Position numbers and translations under genes: made by a program. Shown here in pieces: positions 1-9,470 of a stretch of 64,000 bases of DNA. The stretch is taken from positions 29,041-93,040 of the IMG/VR virus record IMGVR_UViG_3300043395_002359; one strand, given 5' to 3'. Every line of letters begins with the position of its first letter. Position 1 is the first letter of the stretch. This stretch comes from a virus. The notes below the pieces were generated by a model. It was not told where the DNA came from, did not search any database, and saw nothing but the letters and a program-made list of their open reading frames with translations.

Positions 1-1
1 T

Positions 2-565
2 AATTCTGTAAGCACTGGTTTTGTAACTGGTGATTACAATAGAGAGACTGGAATCAAGGGAGATGGTGTCACTAAGTGGATAAGAACGGAAAGAGTTAAT
101 AATACATTTATTACTGACAATCATCATAGAGCGGCATGGGTCACGGAGGTTGGCACCGGCCCTATTTTTGCTGGTGGTGTGAATCAAATTGGTTCCACAT
201 ATGTCGACTGGGTGCCGGGATACGGTGGAATTAGGCATGGCTTTGTTACCAATCAAAAAACCATCAGTGGCGAGGACGCCTTGACGAGTAGTGGTGGTTT
301 CGTTGGATTCAGCAGAAGCAAAACTAGCAGCTATGACTACATAGTACCCGGAGCCTCTGGAACCGTATACCAACAGTCTCAAACGCCATGGCTAGAGCCT
401 GTGGAAATACTTGGAGCATCTATCGATCAGACAAGCAACTATCAAGTCGTGGCAAGGGGTTCTCATAGAATAGGCTTCTATTCACATGGATCAGCTCTTG
501 ACCTGGCCAGGTTAAAGCAAAGAGTGTCTCAGTTGATAACGGAAATGCAGGCAGCCATAATATAA
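2..565 (+). CDS. Virion-associated protein, 5'-truncated by window edge
   Basis: Frame of the 179..565 ORF is open back to position 2 (NSVSTGFVTGDYNRETGIKGDG...); lies in the structural region. Confidence 0.7.
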   Translation, partial: NSVSTGFVTGDYNRETGIKGDGVTKWIRTERVNNTFITDNHHRAAWVTEVGTGPIFAGGVNQIGSTYVDWVPGYGGIRHGFVTNQKTISGEDALTSSGGFVGFSRSKTSSYDYIVPGASGTVYQQSQTPWLEPVEILGASIDQTSNYQVVARGSHRIGFYSHGSALDLARLKQRVSQLITEMQAAII

Positions 566-572
566 ATTGTTT

Positions 573-582
573 GGCATACTAG
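573..582 (+). promoter_or_regulatory. Putative late promoter (GGCATACTAG)
   Basis: Matches recurrent GGNANNCTA motif; intergenic, upstream of 610. Confidence 0.6.
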
Positions 583-609
583 TCAAGATCATCAACGGGA
601 TTAACAAAC

Positions 610-1086
610 GTGGCTGTTACGGTATCGGTTTATAATCAAGCCGCTGCTTTGTTTGCTCAGGGTGCGATAAATGCTGCTGGGACCTTCACCCAGCCAGAAA
701 CTGCTGATAAATACAAAGTAGCTCTATATACGAATATTGCGGCTCCATTTACTGCTGCTGATGTCAGCCTTGCCGCCCTGACCGGAGGCACTTACACGGA
801 AGTCGTAAACTCTGGCTATACTGCTGGCGGCCTGGAGCTTACCGGCGTGACTGTTACTCAGTCGGCCAATGACGCGACATTAGATGCGAATGACGCTAGC
901 TGGACTGCGACTGGTGCAGCGATCGATGCAGCATTTGCTATCCTGTATCGAAAGTCAAAGACTGGGGACTTGATTGATAGGCCTTTATTGCATATCAACT
1001 TTGGTCAGACTGAAACAGCGGCGGCTGGAACCGATTTCAAAATTGTCTGGTCGGCAAGCGGTATCTTTAGCTTCGTTGTGACCTGA
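610..1086 (+). CDS. Virion structural protein (tail-associated)
   Basis: 158 aa, Ala/Thr/Gly-rich; YKVALYT...GYTAGG...DFKIVWSASGIF pattern typical of phage tail proteins. Confidence 0.65.
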   Translation: MAVTVSVYNQAAALFAQGAINAAGTFTQPETADKYKVALYTNIAAPFTAADVSLAALTGGTYTEVVNSGYTAGGLELTGVTVTQSANDATLDANDASWTATGAAIDAAFAILYRKSKTGDLIDRPLLHINFGQTETAAAGTDFKIVWSASGIFSFVVT

Positions 1087-1088
1087 TT

Positions 1089-1751
1089 ATGTCGATATCT
1101 ACATCGATCAGTAATAATGAATTAAGACGCCTGGCTGTTCGTGCGTACGAGGGCAAAACCTTGTGGGTTCGCCTTTGCAGTCAAGTGACTACTACATATG
1201 ATCAGAATAGTCCTGTCTCCTCCTGGCTAAGCCTGGAGTTGGCGCAGACTCAGGGCTATGCTCCATTTTCTGCAACGATAGGCTCGGGTCAGTATGATGG
1301 CCCTACTGGCAAGTACAAACTTCCTTCGATAGATGCCCCGTTTAATTGCACTAGTGGTGTAATTACATACAACAATGTTTTGGTTTATATTGATGATTAC
1401 GTAGACGGCACTGAAACCTATACCGGCACAAACGTGTCGTTTCAGACAAGTCTCAATACGATAACCAGAACAAGTGGCACGTTTGTCGGGCTTCTTGAGA
1501 GTGGCTCCTACGTGAAGGTTGAAGGTTCTGGTGGAAATGATGGGACATATCTTGTGTCCAGTGTAGCGGCTCTGACCGTCACTCTTGATGCCAGTACTCC
1601 CTTAACTATTACAGAAGGGGCTGGCGCTAGTGTCACGCTGACTAAGCAAACACTATATCCCTATGCAATTATTGAGGAAATTCCGAACATAGCATTAGCC
1701 GAGGGGCAAACACAGACTTACAGGGTAGAGCTAAGCACAGATGATGCTTAG
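1089..1751 (+). CDS. Virion structural protein
   Basis: 220 aa, Thr/Ser-rich, tightly packed in the structural operon. Confidence 0.6.
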   Translation: MSISTSISNNELRRLAVRAYEGKTLWVRLCSQVTTTYDQNSPVSSWLSLELAQTQGYAPFSATIGSGQYDGPTGKYKLPSIDAPFNCTSGVITYNNVLVYIDDYVDGTETYTGTNVSFQTSLNTITRTSGTFVGLLESGSYVKVEGSGGNDGTYLVSSVAALTVTLDASTPLTITEGAGASVTLTKQTLYPYAIIEEIPNIALAEGQTQTYRVELSTDDA

Positions 1752-1753
1752 AT

Positions 1754-4700
1754 ATGGCTATCAATGTTCAGATAAACGTTGATTTAAGTAATTTATCTCA
1801 AAGGGCAATTGAGCAGGCGGTTGCCGATAGAGCTGCTCAGATTCAGAGCGAAGAGGAAGCCAAGATAAAGAGAGAAGCCCTTGAGGCTAAGACCAACAGA
1901 CTAGAAGAGAGGCGACAGGACTCAAAGGGAATAGAGGATATGCCTACTTGGCGGTCAAAGCCACCAAGACTTGAGCTTAGCAGCTACGCTATTAAACAAA
2001 AAAATTGGAATATGATGTGGTTTCGCGTTGAAAATGCGCCAAGCCAAAGGCGCTTGCGTGCCTATATTAGTAATTCGGAAGGCTCTAGCTTTAGGGAGCT
2101 TAACCTTGACTGGGCGATGGAATCTTCTCTTTTGCCAATAAACGGAGACCCAGCATCTCCGGTGGACGAAGAAATACCCACTCCTTCCTCTTACTTGGAA
2201 TCATTCCTTCCGGATTGGGTTGAGCCCAAAAATTTACATAAAGTAGATGATATGCCGCCGTTTAGCACGTTTGTGGTTCCAAGAATAGTTGCAGGAAATA
2301 ACGCAAATGGCTTCTCTTTAGCAAAGCAGCTAGACAATTGGATTTATAATCCATGGTTTATGGGTTTAAGTCTTAGCAAGACTGGGCCCTTTGTCCAAGT
2401 CCAGAGAGTTTTGTGGGAAAAGATTCAAGACTCAGGTGGAACACGCATAGCCCTGTTACCATTGATAGACGATATCGCTGTTGCTGTCGTCTTCACTGAA
2501 ACCATCGTCAAAAGTAGAAGTATAGATTTCTTTAGAATAAAACAAGGAGGGGGAACGATTGCGGCTAATTCGCCGAGATCGGTAAGTATTCCCAGTGTAT
2601 ACAGATACGCCCAGAGTATCAGGGGGAATGGGGAGCAGGGCACCCAGGAGACTCCAACCTGGGAGTTCCTGATTGGCAGGATACCAGGCGGTTTTGGGGC
2701 TATCAAGTCAGTGACAGCTCGAATGGCTCCAAGAAATCCAGAAGGTGAACAGATCGCTGATGGCACTAAAACCATTGGTCTAACTAATTTTGACCAGACA
2801 CATAGTATTAAGTTTGCTCTTTGTACCTCGGGAAGCTTCCCGCAGCATTACAGGCAATACTATGCCGACAAAGATGTCAGGAGCCAGCAAGCAAAGATAA
2901 GGACCGTGCTGACAGATGCTGAAAAAGATAAAACAAAATGGACATGGGCCCCATGTAAATTTGTTAGCCCAATAATGACTATTGGGACTGACCCCAGGGT
3001 TTATCATCCCAGTCCGTTCTTGCCAGACGGCCAAGTCAATAATTGCGACGGGACAGGCTACGACCTATCAAAACGAGGGTGGGATGATACCGAGTATTAT
3101 TCTGATTTGTTTTATAATTATTCTACAGGGACTACGACCAATAAAAGGGTTTATCGAGGGTGGTCTAAAACCTGGGGCTCTGAAACTGGGCAAACTCCAG
3201 CTACGTTTAAAGCTGTTTACGAGGGTGACTATTTATTTGTAAGGATCTTAGAAGTAGAGTGGAATAACCAATCTTCTTATTGTCAAAGTCAGTATGGAAC
3301 GACAAGAATCGCCCCGTACGAGGAGATCACAGAAGGAGACCGGTATACCGGCAATCATAACAGTCCGCAGAATTGGACGGAATCGCTGTATTTAACAATA
3401 GAACTTGAAGATGGCTCAGCAATAGAAGTCAACTTGTCGGGCGGAAATACCGTTTTTAACTATAAAGAAACTGCGCATGTAATGCAAGACTCGGAGTTGA
3501 TATCATATCACAATGATGTGAACGGAGTAGAGCCTACTGTCAGATGCTTCGTCGTAAGCGATGTCGCGCTGGAGGAAATAGAGCCACCTCAAACCCTTAA
3601 AGCTAATATAGGCCAACTGTTCAACAGGCTCTACCAACAGGGCGAGGACGAATTCTATGCAGCTAACATATTAGAGGGCGAGAATCAAAGCAATTTATCT
3701 TATGGAGATTATGCGGATAGCGTCTATCACTACAAGTACGGACCACTGCCAGGCAAGAATTTACTTGCAGATGGTCACGGCAAGTCACTTGCTCGCTGGC
3801 TTCCTTTTAGCCCAGTACCTCAAGGTTATTCCCTGGAAGAGGACTACGGATCGCCGCCAGTAAAAGTAAAGAGCTCATATCCAGGAATCGAAGACGAAGA
3901 ATCTGTATTAGCTACTCTACCTGTGATTCCAAGGGATGCTTTATACTCGCTTGGAAATAATAGCTATAAATCGTGGATGGAATGCGCCTCACTTAATGTA
4001 CTTGATTACAGAGGAGGGCAGCCACTCAAGGGCAAATCGTATATATTCTCGGTTTACGTTAAAGTAAATGATGTTGGAGCTAAAGATAATGGTATATACC
4101 CAGATGAAGTGAAAGAGTGCGAAGGAACTCTGGACGACAACGGAGGGAAGCTGGAAGTAACGGGCGAAGAAGGAAAAGCCCTAATATGCCTGCAGCAGGT
4201 TGTCCCAAAAGCAAATAAATTCTACATAAGTAAATATACTGTACAGGAAGTAGAAATTGGTTCTTGGTACAGGATTTGGATGAAAATGACATGCAAGGGT
4301 GGTGATATTTTTAGGATAGATAACTGGAATGGCAACCATCTGTCTTATTTGCAAATGGAGGTATTTGGCCCCCAGCTCGAGAGTACCGAAAAAGAAAAGC
4401 CTACAGATAAGGATAAGAACGACAAGCCTACAGATTACTTGCCAAGGGGTGATTTTGCGCAGGTTTACAGGAGTGGTGTCTATACAGATGCCGTTGCAAA
4501 AGGCAACGCTTACAACAGTATCGGCACTGAAACTGCTGGCTGGGTTTATGACCCAAACGCCATACCTGTAGATGGAGTTTTCATGAGCCAAGGCATTGGC
4601 TTTGAAAGCATATATCAGCAAGGAGATAGTGGGACCCTTAACGCTCAAAGTGTTGTTAATAATCTTGGAGCCGACAGCAACTCTAACTTGTTTCCGGAAG

Positions 4701-5590
4701 AGGAAGGGAGAGTCTCTAAATGGTCACCAGCCGCGTATTCCGATCTAGGTGTTGAATCTCCAATAACTTCTGGTGCGTATAAATCAGATATTGGTGGCGC
4801 ATCAACAGCGAGATGCGATGTTGGCGCTCCGCAATTCAATGAAGGACCTCTAGCAGACAGAAAGAACGAAACGTTCCAGTCGGTAAACGATCAACCTGCT
4901 ACGTATTACGAATCTTTGTATAAAATTTCCAACGAAAAGATAGAAACTGGCAAGATTAATAGTTCAAGTACCAATGATTATGCAGGTCTTAATGGGTCTA
5001 CATCTAAAGTAAGAATGACCAGCAATAACTGCGCCACGCCACCATGGAAGTACGGAGACTTAGATGCAAGCGATCCGGAGTACTCCGTCAACGGAAACCC
5101 TGATTATGATTCAGACAGAAGACTTGTATCTGGATGCCTAGAGCAAGGTTACTCAAGCGATAATGGCAAGTACAATAGTAACCTGGGCAAGGCTACTGGT
5201 TCAATGTATGGGGTCAATAGCGCAGAGTGTGTCACCTATGCTCAGTATGGCCCCGGAGGTACGCCTCTGGGAGCCCCGGAACTGGGAGGAGGATCAAGCT
5301 CTCTTGCGGGCACAGCCGAAGGAGCGCAAGGCCAACAGGCCGAAAGAGATCAGTGCAAATTTATCATGGATAAAGCCAAAAAGATGCAAGGATGGCTGAA
5401 AAATCAAAACTATATGATGTCTGAATTGCTTTTAAGAGGAGAGGCCACATCTCTGCCTGGGGTGATTCAATATACTTCATGGGGAAATCTAGAAAGGAAT
5501 GCCAAGTCGCTCGAGAGCCTTGGGTTTGATGCGGAAGTAATACTTGGTATAGGCACCAATACTCCAGTCGATGAGGAGATACAGACGTAA
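1754..5590 (+). CDS. Large tail/virion protein
   Basis: 1278 aa; coiled-coil N-terminus and an internal CBM-like segment (YIFSVYVK...WYRIWMK...FGPQLE). Confidence 0.6.
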   Translation: MAINVQINVDLSNLSQRAIEQAVADRAAQIQSEEEAKIKREALEAKTNRLEERRQDSKGIEDMPTWRSKPPRLELSSYAIKQKNWNMMWFRVENAPSQRRLRAYISNSEGSSFRELNLDWAMESSLLPINGDPASPVDEEIPTPSSYLESFLPDWVEPKNLHKVDDMPPFSTFVVPRIVAGNNANGFSLAKQLDNWIYNPWFMGLSLSKTGPFVQVQRVLWEKIQDSGGTRIALLPLIDDIAVAVVFTETIVKSRSIDFFRIKQGGGTIAANSPRSVSIPSVYRYAQSIRGNGEQGTQETPTWEFLIGRIPGGFGAIKSVTARMAPRNPEGEQIADGTKTIGLTNFDQTHSIKFALCTSGSFPQHYRQYYADKDVRSQQAKIRTVLTDAEKDKTKWTWAPCKFVSPIMTIGTDPRVYHPSPFLPDGQVNNCDGTGYDLSKRGWDDTEYYSDLFYNYSTGTTTNKRVYRGWSKTWGSETGQTPATFKAVYEGDYLFVRILEVEWNNQSSYCQSQYGTTRIAPYEEITEGDRYTGNHNSPQNWTESLYLTIELEDGSAIEVNLSGGNTVFNYKETAHVMQDSELISYHNDVNGVEPTVRCFVVSDVALEEIEPPQTLKANIGQLFNRLYQQGEDEFYAANILEGENQSNLSYGDYADSVYHYKYGPLPGKNLLADGHGKSLARWLPFSPVPQGYSLEEDYGSPPVKVKSSYPGIEDEESVLATLPVIPRDALYSLGNNSYKSWMECASLNVLDYRGGQPLKGKSYIFSVYVKVNDVGAKDNGIYPDEVKECEGTLDDNGGKLEVTGEEGKALICLQQVVPKANKFYISKYTVQEVEIGSWYRIWMKMTCKGGDIFRIDNWNGNHLSYLQMEVFGPQLESTEKEKPTDKDKNDKPTDYLPRGDFAQVYRSGVYTDAVAKGNAYNSIGTETAGWVYDPNAIPVDGVFMSQGIGFESIYQQGDSGTLNAQSVVNNLGADSNSNLFPEEEGRVSKWSPAAYSDLGVESPITSGAYKSDIGGASTARCDVGAPQFNEGPLADRKNETFQSVNDQPATYYESLYKISNEKIETGKINSSSTNDYAGLNGSTSKVRMTSNNCATPPWKYGDLDASDPEYSVNGNPDYDSDRRLVSGCLEQGYSSDNGKYNSNLGKATGSMYGVNSAECVTYAQYGPGGTPLGAPELGGGSSSLAGTAEGAQGQQAERDQCKFIMDKAKKMQGWLKNQNYMMSELLLRGEATSLPGVIQYTSWGNLERNAKSLESLGFDAEVILGIGTNTPVDEEIQT

Positions 5591-5627
5591 AGCCAGGACA
5601 TTTATTGGAAGATTAGCTTATAGTTGA

Positions 5628-5813
5628 TTGCTTTATAGCAGAATGGATGACAATATTCCCGGAATAGTTGTAGACAGTCTTGCTGTAACTTTAGCGAACA
5701 GAGAATCACTAGCGAGAAAGACAGCAAGGGATAACATTATTAAATATGCGGAAAACAGCACATCTAGCAAGATTACCAGCAATACATCGTCCCTAGGTAG
5801 TCGTATTCATTGA
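5628..5813 (+). CDS. Small hypothetical protein (start may be ATG 5643)
   Basis: Fills the gap before the scaffold gene. Confidence 0.35.
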   Translation: MLYSRMDDNIPGIVVDSLAVTLANRESLARKTARDNIIKYAENSTSSKITSNTSSLGSRIH

Positions 5814-5829
5814 GTCCTATAATTAATTA

Positions 5830-5839
5830 GGCATCCTAA
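5830..5839 (+). promoter_or_regulatory. Putative late promoter (GGCATCCTAA)
   Basis: GGNANNCTA motif upstream of scaffold gene. Confidence 0.6.
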
Positions 5840-5869
5840 TCCGCCCCTTAGGCGAGATGCCTAGCTACA

Positions 5870-6622
5870 ATGGAAGAAACCCTGCAGTTTACCGAAGACC
5901 AGCAACAGCTTGAGACAGGCGGCGCTGGCGCAAGTGAAACTACTTCTAGTGATCAAAACGAAAGCCGTAATTACTCAGAAGAAGAGGTCCAAAATCTGCT
6001 TAAAGCCCTCAAGGCCGAGCGCGAGTCCAGGAAAATTTACGAAAAAGAGGTAAAAGAAAAAAGCCAGCAACTTGAAAAGTTTGCTCAAATCAACCCTGAC
6101 GAATATCGAAAGTTACAAGAAGAAGCTGCAATAGCGGCCAGAGAAAAGGCCGCTGCAGATGAACGGACCGCCCTGCTTGAAGAGAAGTATGGTGCCCAGG
6201 CAGCCGAGGCATTAAAACAGAGAGACGAAAGAACCAAGGAATTGCTTGAGTTCAGAAAAAGATATGCGCTGGAGAAGGTCTTTTTCGCCGCCGGCGGTCG
6301 TACCGATTCTGCGGATGGGGTGTCATTTTTTGACATGCTTGCCAACCAGATTGGTAATCAATTCCGACTTGAGCCCGATGGCAACATTACTGTTGTCGAT
6401 TACCAAGGCGACCCTGTCCTTGATAAGGATTCCGGTCGGCGCATCACGCCAGAAGATTACCTTTCGAAGTTTAAAACCCACGCGATCTACGGAACCTTTT
6501 TTAAGGGTAACAAGGGATCTGGCGCTGGGATTGGATATGGCGGCACGAACGCAAGTGGTATGCCCACTGAAGACTTGCACGCATTGAGTAGCGAAGAGCT
6601 ATTCCAGAAGGCCTTTGGCTGA
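5870..6622 (+). CDS. Capsid scaffolding protein
   Basis: Acidic N-terminus, long coiled coil (LKALKAERE), Gly-rich C-terminus; directly upstream of the MCP. Confidence 0.8.
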   Translation: MEETLQFTEDQQQLETGGAGASETTSSDQNESRNYSEEEVQNLLKALKAERESRKIYEKEVKEKSQQLEKFAQINPDEYRKLQEEAAIAAREKAAADERTALLEEKYGAQAAEALKQRDERTKELLEFRKRYALEKVFFAAGGRTDSADGVSFFDMLANQIGNQFRLEPDGNITVVDYQGDPVLDKDSGRRITPEDYLSKFKTHAIYGTFFKGNKGSGAGIGYGGTNASGMPTEDLHALSSEELFQKAFG

Positions 6623-6653
6623 TAAATTAGCAAAACTTAATAATTAAGTTATG

Positions 6654-6680
6654 AACCGGCCCTAAAAAGGCCGGTTTTAT
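6654..6680 (+). terminator. Intrinsic terminator
   Basis: AACCGGCC-CTAAAAA-GGCCGGTT followed by TTAT. Confidence 0.7.
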
Positions 6681-6689
6681 AATTATTTA

Positions 6690-6699
6690 GGTAGTCTAA
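6690..6699 (+). promoter_or_regulatory. Putative late promoter of MCP (GGTAGTCTAA)
   Basis: Motif lies just after the terminator and before a structured ~120-nt leader. Confidence 0.65.
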
Positions 6700-6819
6700 G
6701 GCGAGTACCCAGCCCTGAATTGGTTGTGATGACCTATCGGGGAGGGTCTAGCGCGATGGATGTGACATCCTGAAGCGATTTACCTTTCCTGTCAACCGTT
6801 CATCCGCCAATTATTTGCT

Positions 6820-7713
6820 ATGGCACTTACTCTTGCAGAGGCTAAAAAGCACTCTACTAATCCCCAGGAACTGGCAATCATCACCGAACTGGCTGCCGGC
6901 CCCCTGCTCCAGAACCTGCCCTTCCGCGAAGTGCAAGGTAATGGTCTGTTCTGGAAGCGTGAAGAGTCCCTCGGTGATGTGGGCTTCCGTGCTTTCAACG
7001 AAGGCTACGCCGAGAGCTATGCCACCGTCAAACAGCACAGCGAAGCTCTGAAGCTGTTCGGTGGTGACATCAAGGTTGACCGTGCTATCGTTGAGCTGGA
7101 GGGTCCCGAGGCCCGCGCTTATCAGATCCAGGCCAAGACTCGCGCCATGCGCCTGTCCTTCGAGGCTCTGTTCATCAACGGTGACTCCAACAGCAGCTCT
7201 GCTCAGTTCGACGGCCTTGCTCGTCGCCTGGTGTCTGGCTCCAGCCAGTATGTCAGCAATGGCGGTGGCGCCCTTGATCTTGGCAAGCTTGATGAGGCCC
7301 TTGATGCTGTGGACGCCCAAGGCGGTCAGAAGTATCTGGTCATGTCCAAGTCGGCCCGTCGTCATCTGAGCAAGCACGCCCGTGCTACCACTCAGATCGA
7401 CATTGAGCGCAACGACTTTGGTTACCAGCAACTGTTCTACGGCGGCGTGCCCGTGCTCGAGCTGGATCGCGACCATCAGAACGTGGCCATCCTGGACGCT
7501 ACCCCCAGCAACCAGTCGATCTATGTTGTCGCCTTCGGCAACGACCTGCTGACTGGTCTGCAAAACGGCGGTCCCCAAGTCCGTGACCTGGGTGAAGCAA
7601 CCGATTCGCCTGTTCTGGTTACTAGAGTGGAGTGGTATTGTGGCATGGCTCTTATTAACGGTAGGGCTGCTGCTCGCCTGGCTGGTGTTGACGCTACTGC
7701 AGCCGTTGCCTGA
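6820..7713 (+). CDS. Major capsid protein
   Basis: 297 aa; MALTLAEAKK...LPF...VGFRAFNEGY...GGDIKVDRAI...FINGDS...FDGL...RVEWYCGMA pattern of phage capsids; strong codon bias; flanked by terminators. Confidence 0.9.
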   Translation: MALTLAEAKKHSTNPQELAIITELAAGPLLQNLPFREVQGNGLFWKREESLGDVGFRAFNEGYAESYATVKQHSEALKLFGGDIKVDRAIVELEGPEARAYQIQAKTRAMRLSFEALFINGDSNSSSAQFDGLARRLVSGSSQYVSNGGGALDLGKLDEALDAVDAQGGQKYLVMSKSARRHLSKHARATTQIDIERNDFGYQQLFYGGVPVLELDRDHQNVAILDATPSNQSIYVVAFGNDLLTGLQNGGPQVRDLGEATDSPVLVTRVEWYCGMALINGRAAARLAGVDATAAVA

Positions 7714-7731
7714 TAAGTTCGGCAAATAAGC

Positions 7732-7755
7732 AAAAGGCCCTTCGGGGCCTTTTTT
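7732..7755 (+). terminator. Intrinsic terminator after MCP
   Basis: AAAAGGCCC-TTCG-GGGCCTTTTTT. Confidence 0.9.
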
Positions 7756-7764
7756 ATTGTTTAT

Positions 7765-7774
7765 GGAAACCTAT
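7765..7774 (+). promoter_or_regulatory. Putative late promoter (GGAAACCTAT)
   Basis: Motif begins 29 nt before ATG 7794. Confidence 0.65.
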
Positions 7775-7793
7775 TACAGGCTTATTACTGGCT

Positions 7794-8009
7794 ATGGATT
7801 TCTCTCAGTCGATCGCTCAAATTAGAGATGATGTCCATAATATTGGCGGGTTGAATGTGCCTGCTTATGACTATACCGAGAATTCTTATACGTCTGGCAA
7901 TTTAACGCAAGTCGTCTATAAGAGCGGTGGTGCTTCTGGTACGATTGTTGCTACATTGACCTTGGCCTATGACGGCAGTGGCAACCTGACTAGCGTTACC
8001 AGGACCTAG
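7794..8009 (+). CDS. Small virion-associated protein
   Basis: 71 aa with repeated Y(T/D)xSGNLT motif. Confidence 0.65.
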   Translation: MDFSQSIAQIRDDVHNIGGLNVPAYDYTENSYTSGNLTQVVYKSGGASGTIVATLTLAYDGSGNLTSVTRT

Positions 8010-8028
8010 TAATTTAGCTGATAATTCT

Positions 8029-8038
8029 GGCAATCTAT
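8029..8038 (+). promoter_or_regulatory. Putative late promoter (GGCAATCTAT)
   Basis: Motif begins 29 nt before ATG 8058. Confidence 0.65.
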
Positions 8039-8057
8039 AGCAGGTATTTTTTCGATC

Positions 8058-8342
8058 ATGCTGGCTAACAATCCTGTCGTTATTGATAACGAGACCTACG
8101 ATCAGCTTGGTATTAACCTGGCAGTGACCTATCGTGTTACTGGTAATGGTACGGGTGATGCTAGCGTGGCGATGCGTATTGTGCCTTCTCGCATTGACCA
8201 GGACGGTAACGTGATTACGGCAGACGAGGCTGCAATGGGCATCTCGGTTGCAACGCTTGATGGTGTCGACCAGGATGCTGTTACGGCAGTGGATGCCGTG
8301 AAGGCCGCCATCGAAGCATATCTCGCTGCTAAGGGTATCTGA
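8058..8342 (+). CDS. Hypothetical protein coupled to the downstream fibre-like genes
   Basis: 94 aa; stop overlaps the next start (TGATG). Confidence 0.7.
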   Translation: MLANNPVVIDNETYDQLGINLAVTYRVTGNGTGDASVAMRIVPSRIDQDGNVITADEAAMGISVATLDGVDQDAVTAVDAVKAAIEAYLAAKGI

Positions 8343-9469
8343 TGGCTAACGTCTATGCGGTAAAAACCGGCAACTGGTCGGACACTACCGTATGGAATAC
8401 GGGTGTGTTGCCGACAAGTGCGGACATAGTTTATTCTAATAATTATATTGTTACTATTGACGCATCGCCCACTGTTCTTGCTTTAACGAATTTAAGCGCA
8501 AGTGGAATCACTCAAGGTGGATACTTTTCAGTAACAAGTGCAAGAACTATAACTTGTACCGGAACTCCTTCTTTTAGTGGTTTTGCTGCTGAAGCTAATA
8601 TTGCTGGTTATAGTCAGGTTGTCATTGTAAATACAGGGCCCTCCGTTGTTTGTACAATTACTGCAAATCCACAAGGCCATGCTGGAACATTAACTACTAC
8701 TGGAAATGGAACCACGTATCTAATCGGAAATACAAGAGGATTTTTGTATCCATCATACGGGCCTGGACTGGCCGTTAGTGGCTCATCTACTGTTTATATG
8801 ACTGGAAATAGTTACGGATGGGGAGGCGCTGGACTAGCGATCAGTGTTGCCAGTGGAGCAGTAATAAATCTTACTGGTAACGTATATGGATCCCAGATAG
8901 GAGGAGACAATGCTCCAGGTATATACGTCGAAGGAACAGCCATTATTACTGGACTTGCCCAAGCGTCTGGCGGCACTACAACCAGAGAAAACTGTGCCGG
9001 TATAAAATTACAGGCAGGAACATTAACTCATGTAGGCAGCGTTATTGCTTCTGTTTATAATTTTGGAATAGAGGGTGGTAGTGGATCTTATACTGCAAGT
9101 TTATCTGGTCCATTTATTGACGCATCTAACGCAAGAAAAGCGGTTCATCTAATTGCCTGGAAATGGGTAAGTAGCCCTTCTGCAACATATTGGGAGATCA
9201 GGACGAATGATTTAGCCTCGACTAGAAAGCTTTATAGTTCGGGGCATCCAGATGCTGCCGTAGGTCAACCTGCAGCATCCAATGTTCGCAGTGGAACGGC
9301 CTATGGACCTTCCGGCGAGCTAACTGGCACTTGTGTCGTGCCAAATCCCAACTCGGTTGGCTATGGCGTTCCTGTTGATAACACAACTGGTACTGCAGTG
9401 CTGTCTGCTAGCGCTGCTAAGGAAGCCTGTAGCAAGGCTATTGTTCCCGCCCTTATCGCCCTAGGTTGA
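8342..9469 (+). CDS. Beta-helix-like virion/fibre protein, paralog 1
   Basis: G/T/N-rich TGN repeats; termini nearly identical to 9471..10496. Confidence 0.7.
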   Translation: MANVYAVKTGNWSDTTVWNTGVLPTSADIVYSNNYIVTIDASPTVLALTNLSASGITQGGYFSVTSARTITCTGTPSFSGFAAEANIAGYSQVVIVNTGPSVVCTITANPQGHAGTLTTTGNGTTYLIGNTRGFLYPSYGPGLAVSGSSTVYMTGNSYGWGGAGLAISVASGAVINLTGNVYGSQIGGDNAPGIYVEGTAIITGLAQASGGTTTRENCAGIKLQAGTLTHVGSVIASVYNFGIEGGSGSYTASLSGPFIDASNARKAVHLIAWKWVSSPSATYWEIRTNDLASTRKLYSSGHPDAAVGQPAASNVRSGTAYGPSGELTGTCVVPNPNSVGYGVPVDNTTGTAVLSASAAKEACSKAIVPALIALG

Positions 9470-9470
9470 C

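Noticed and set aside
6811-7725. 304-aa antisense ORF over the MCP
   Set aside because: Shadow caused by the strong codon bias of the capsid gene
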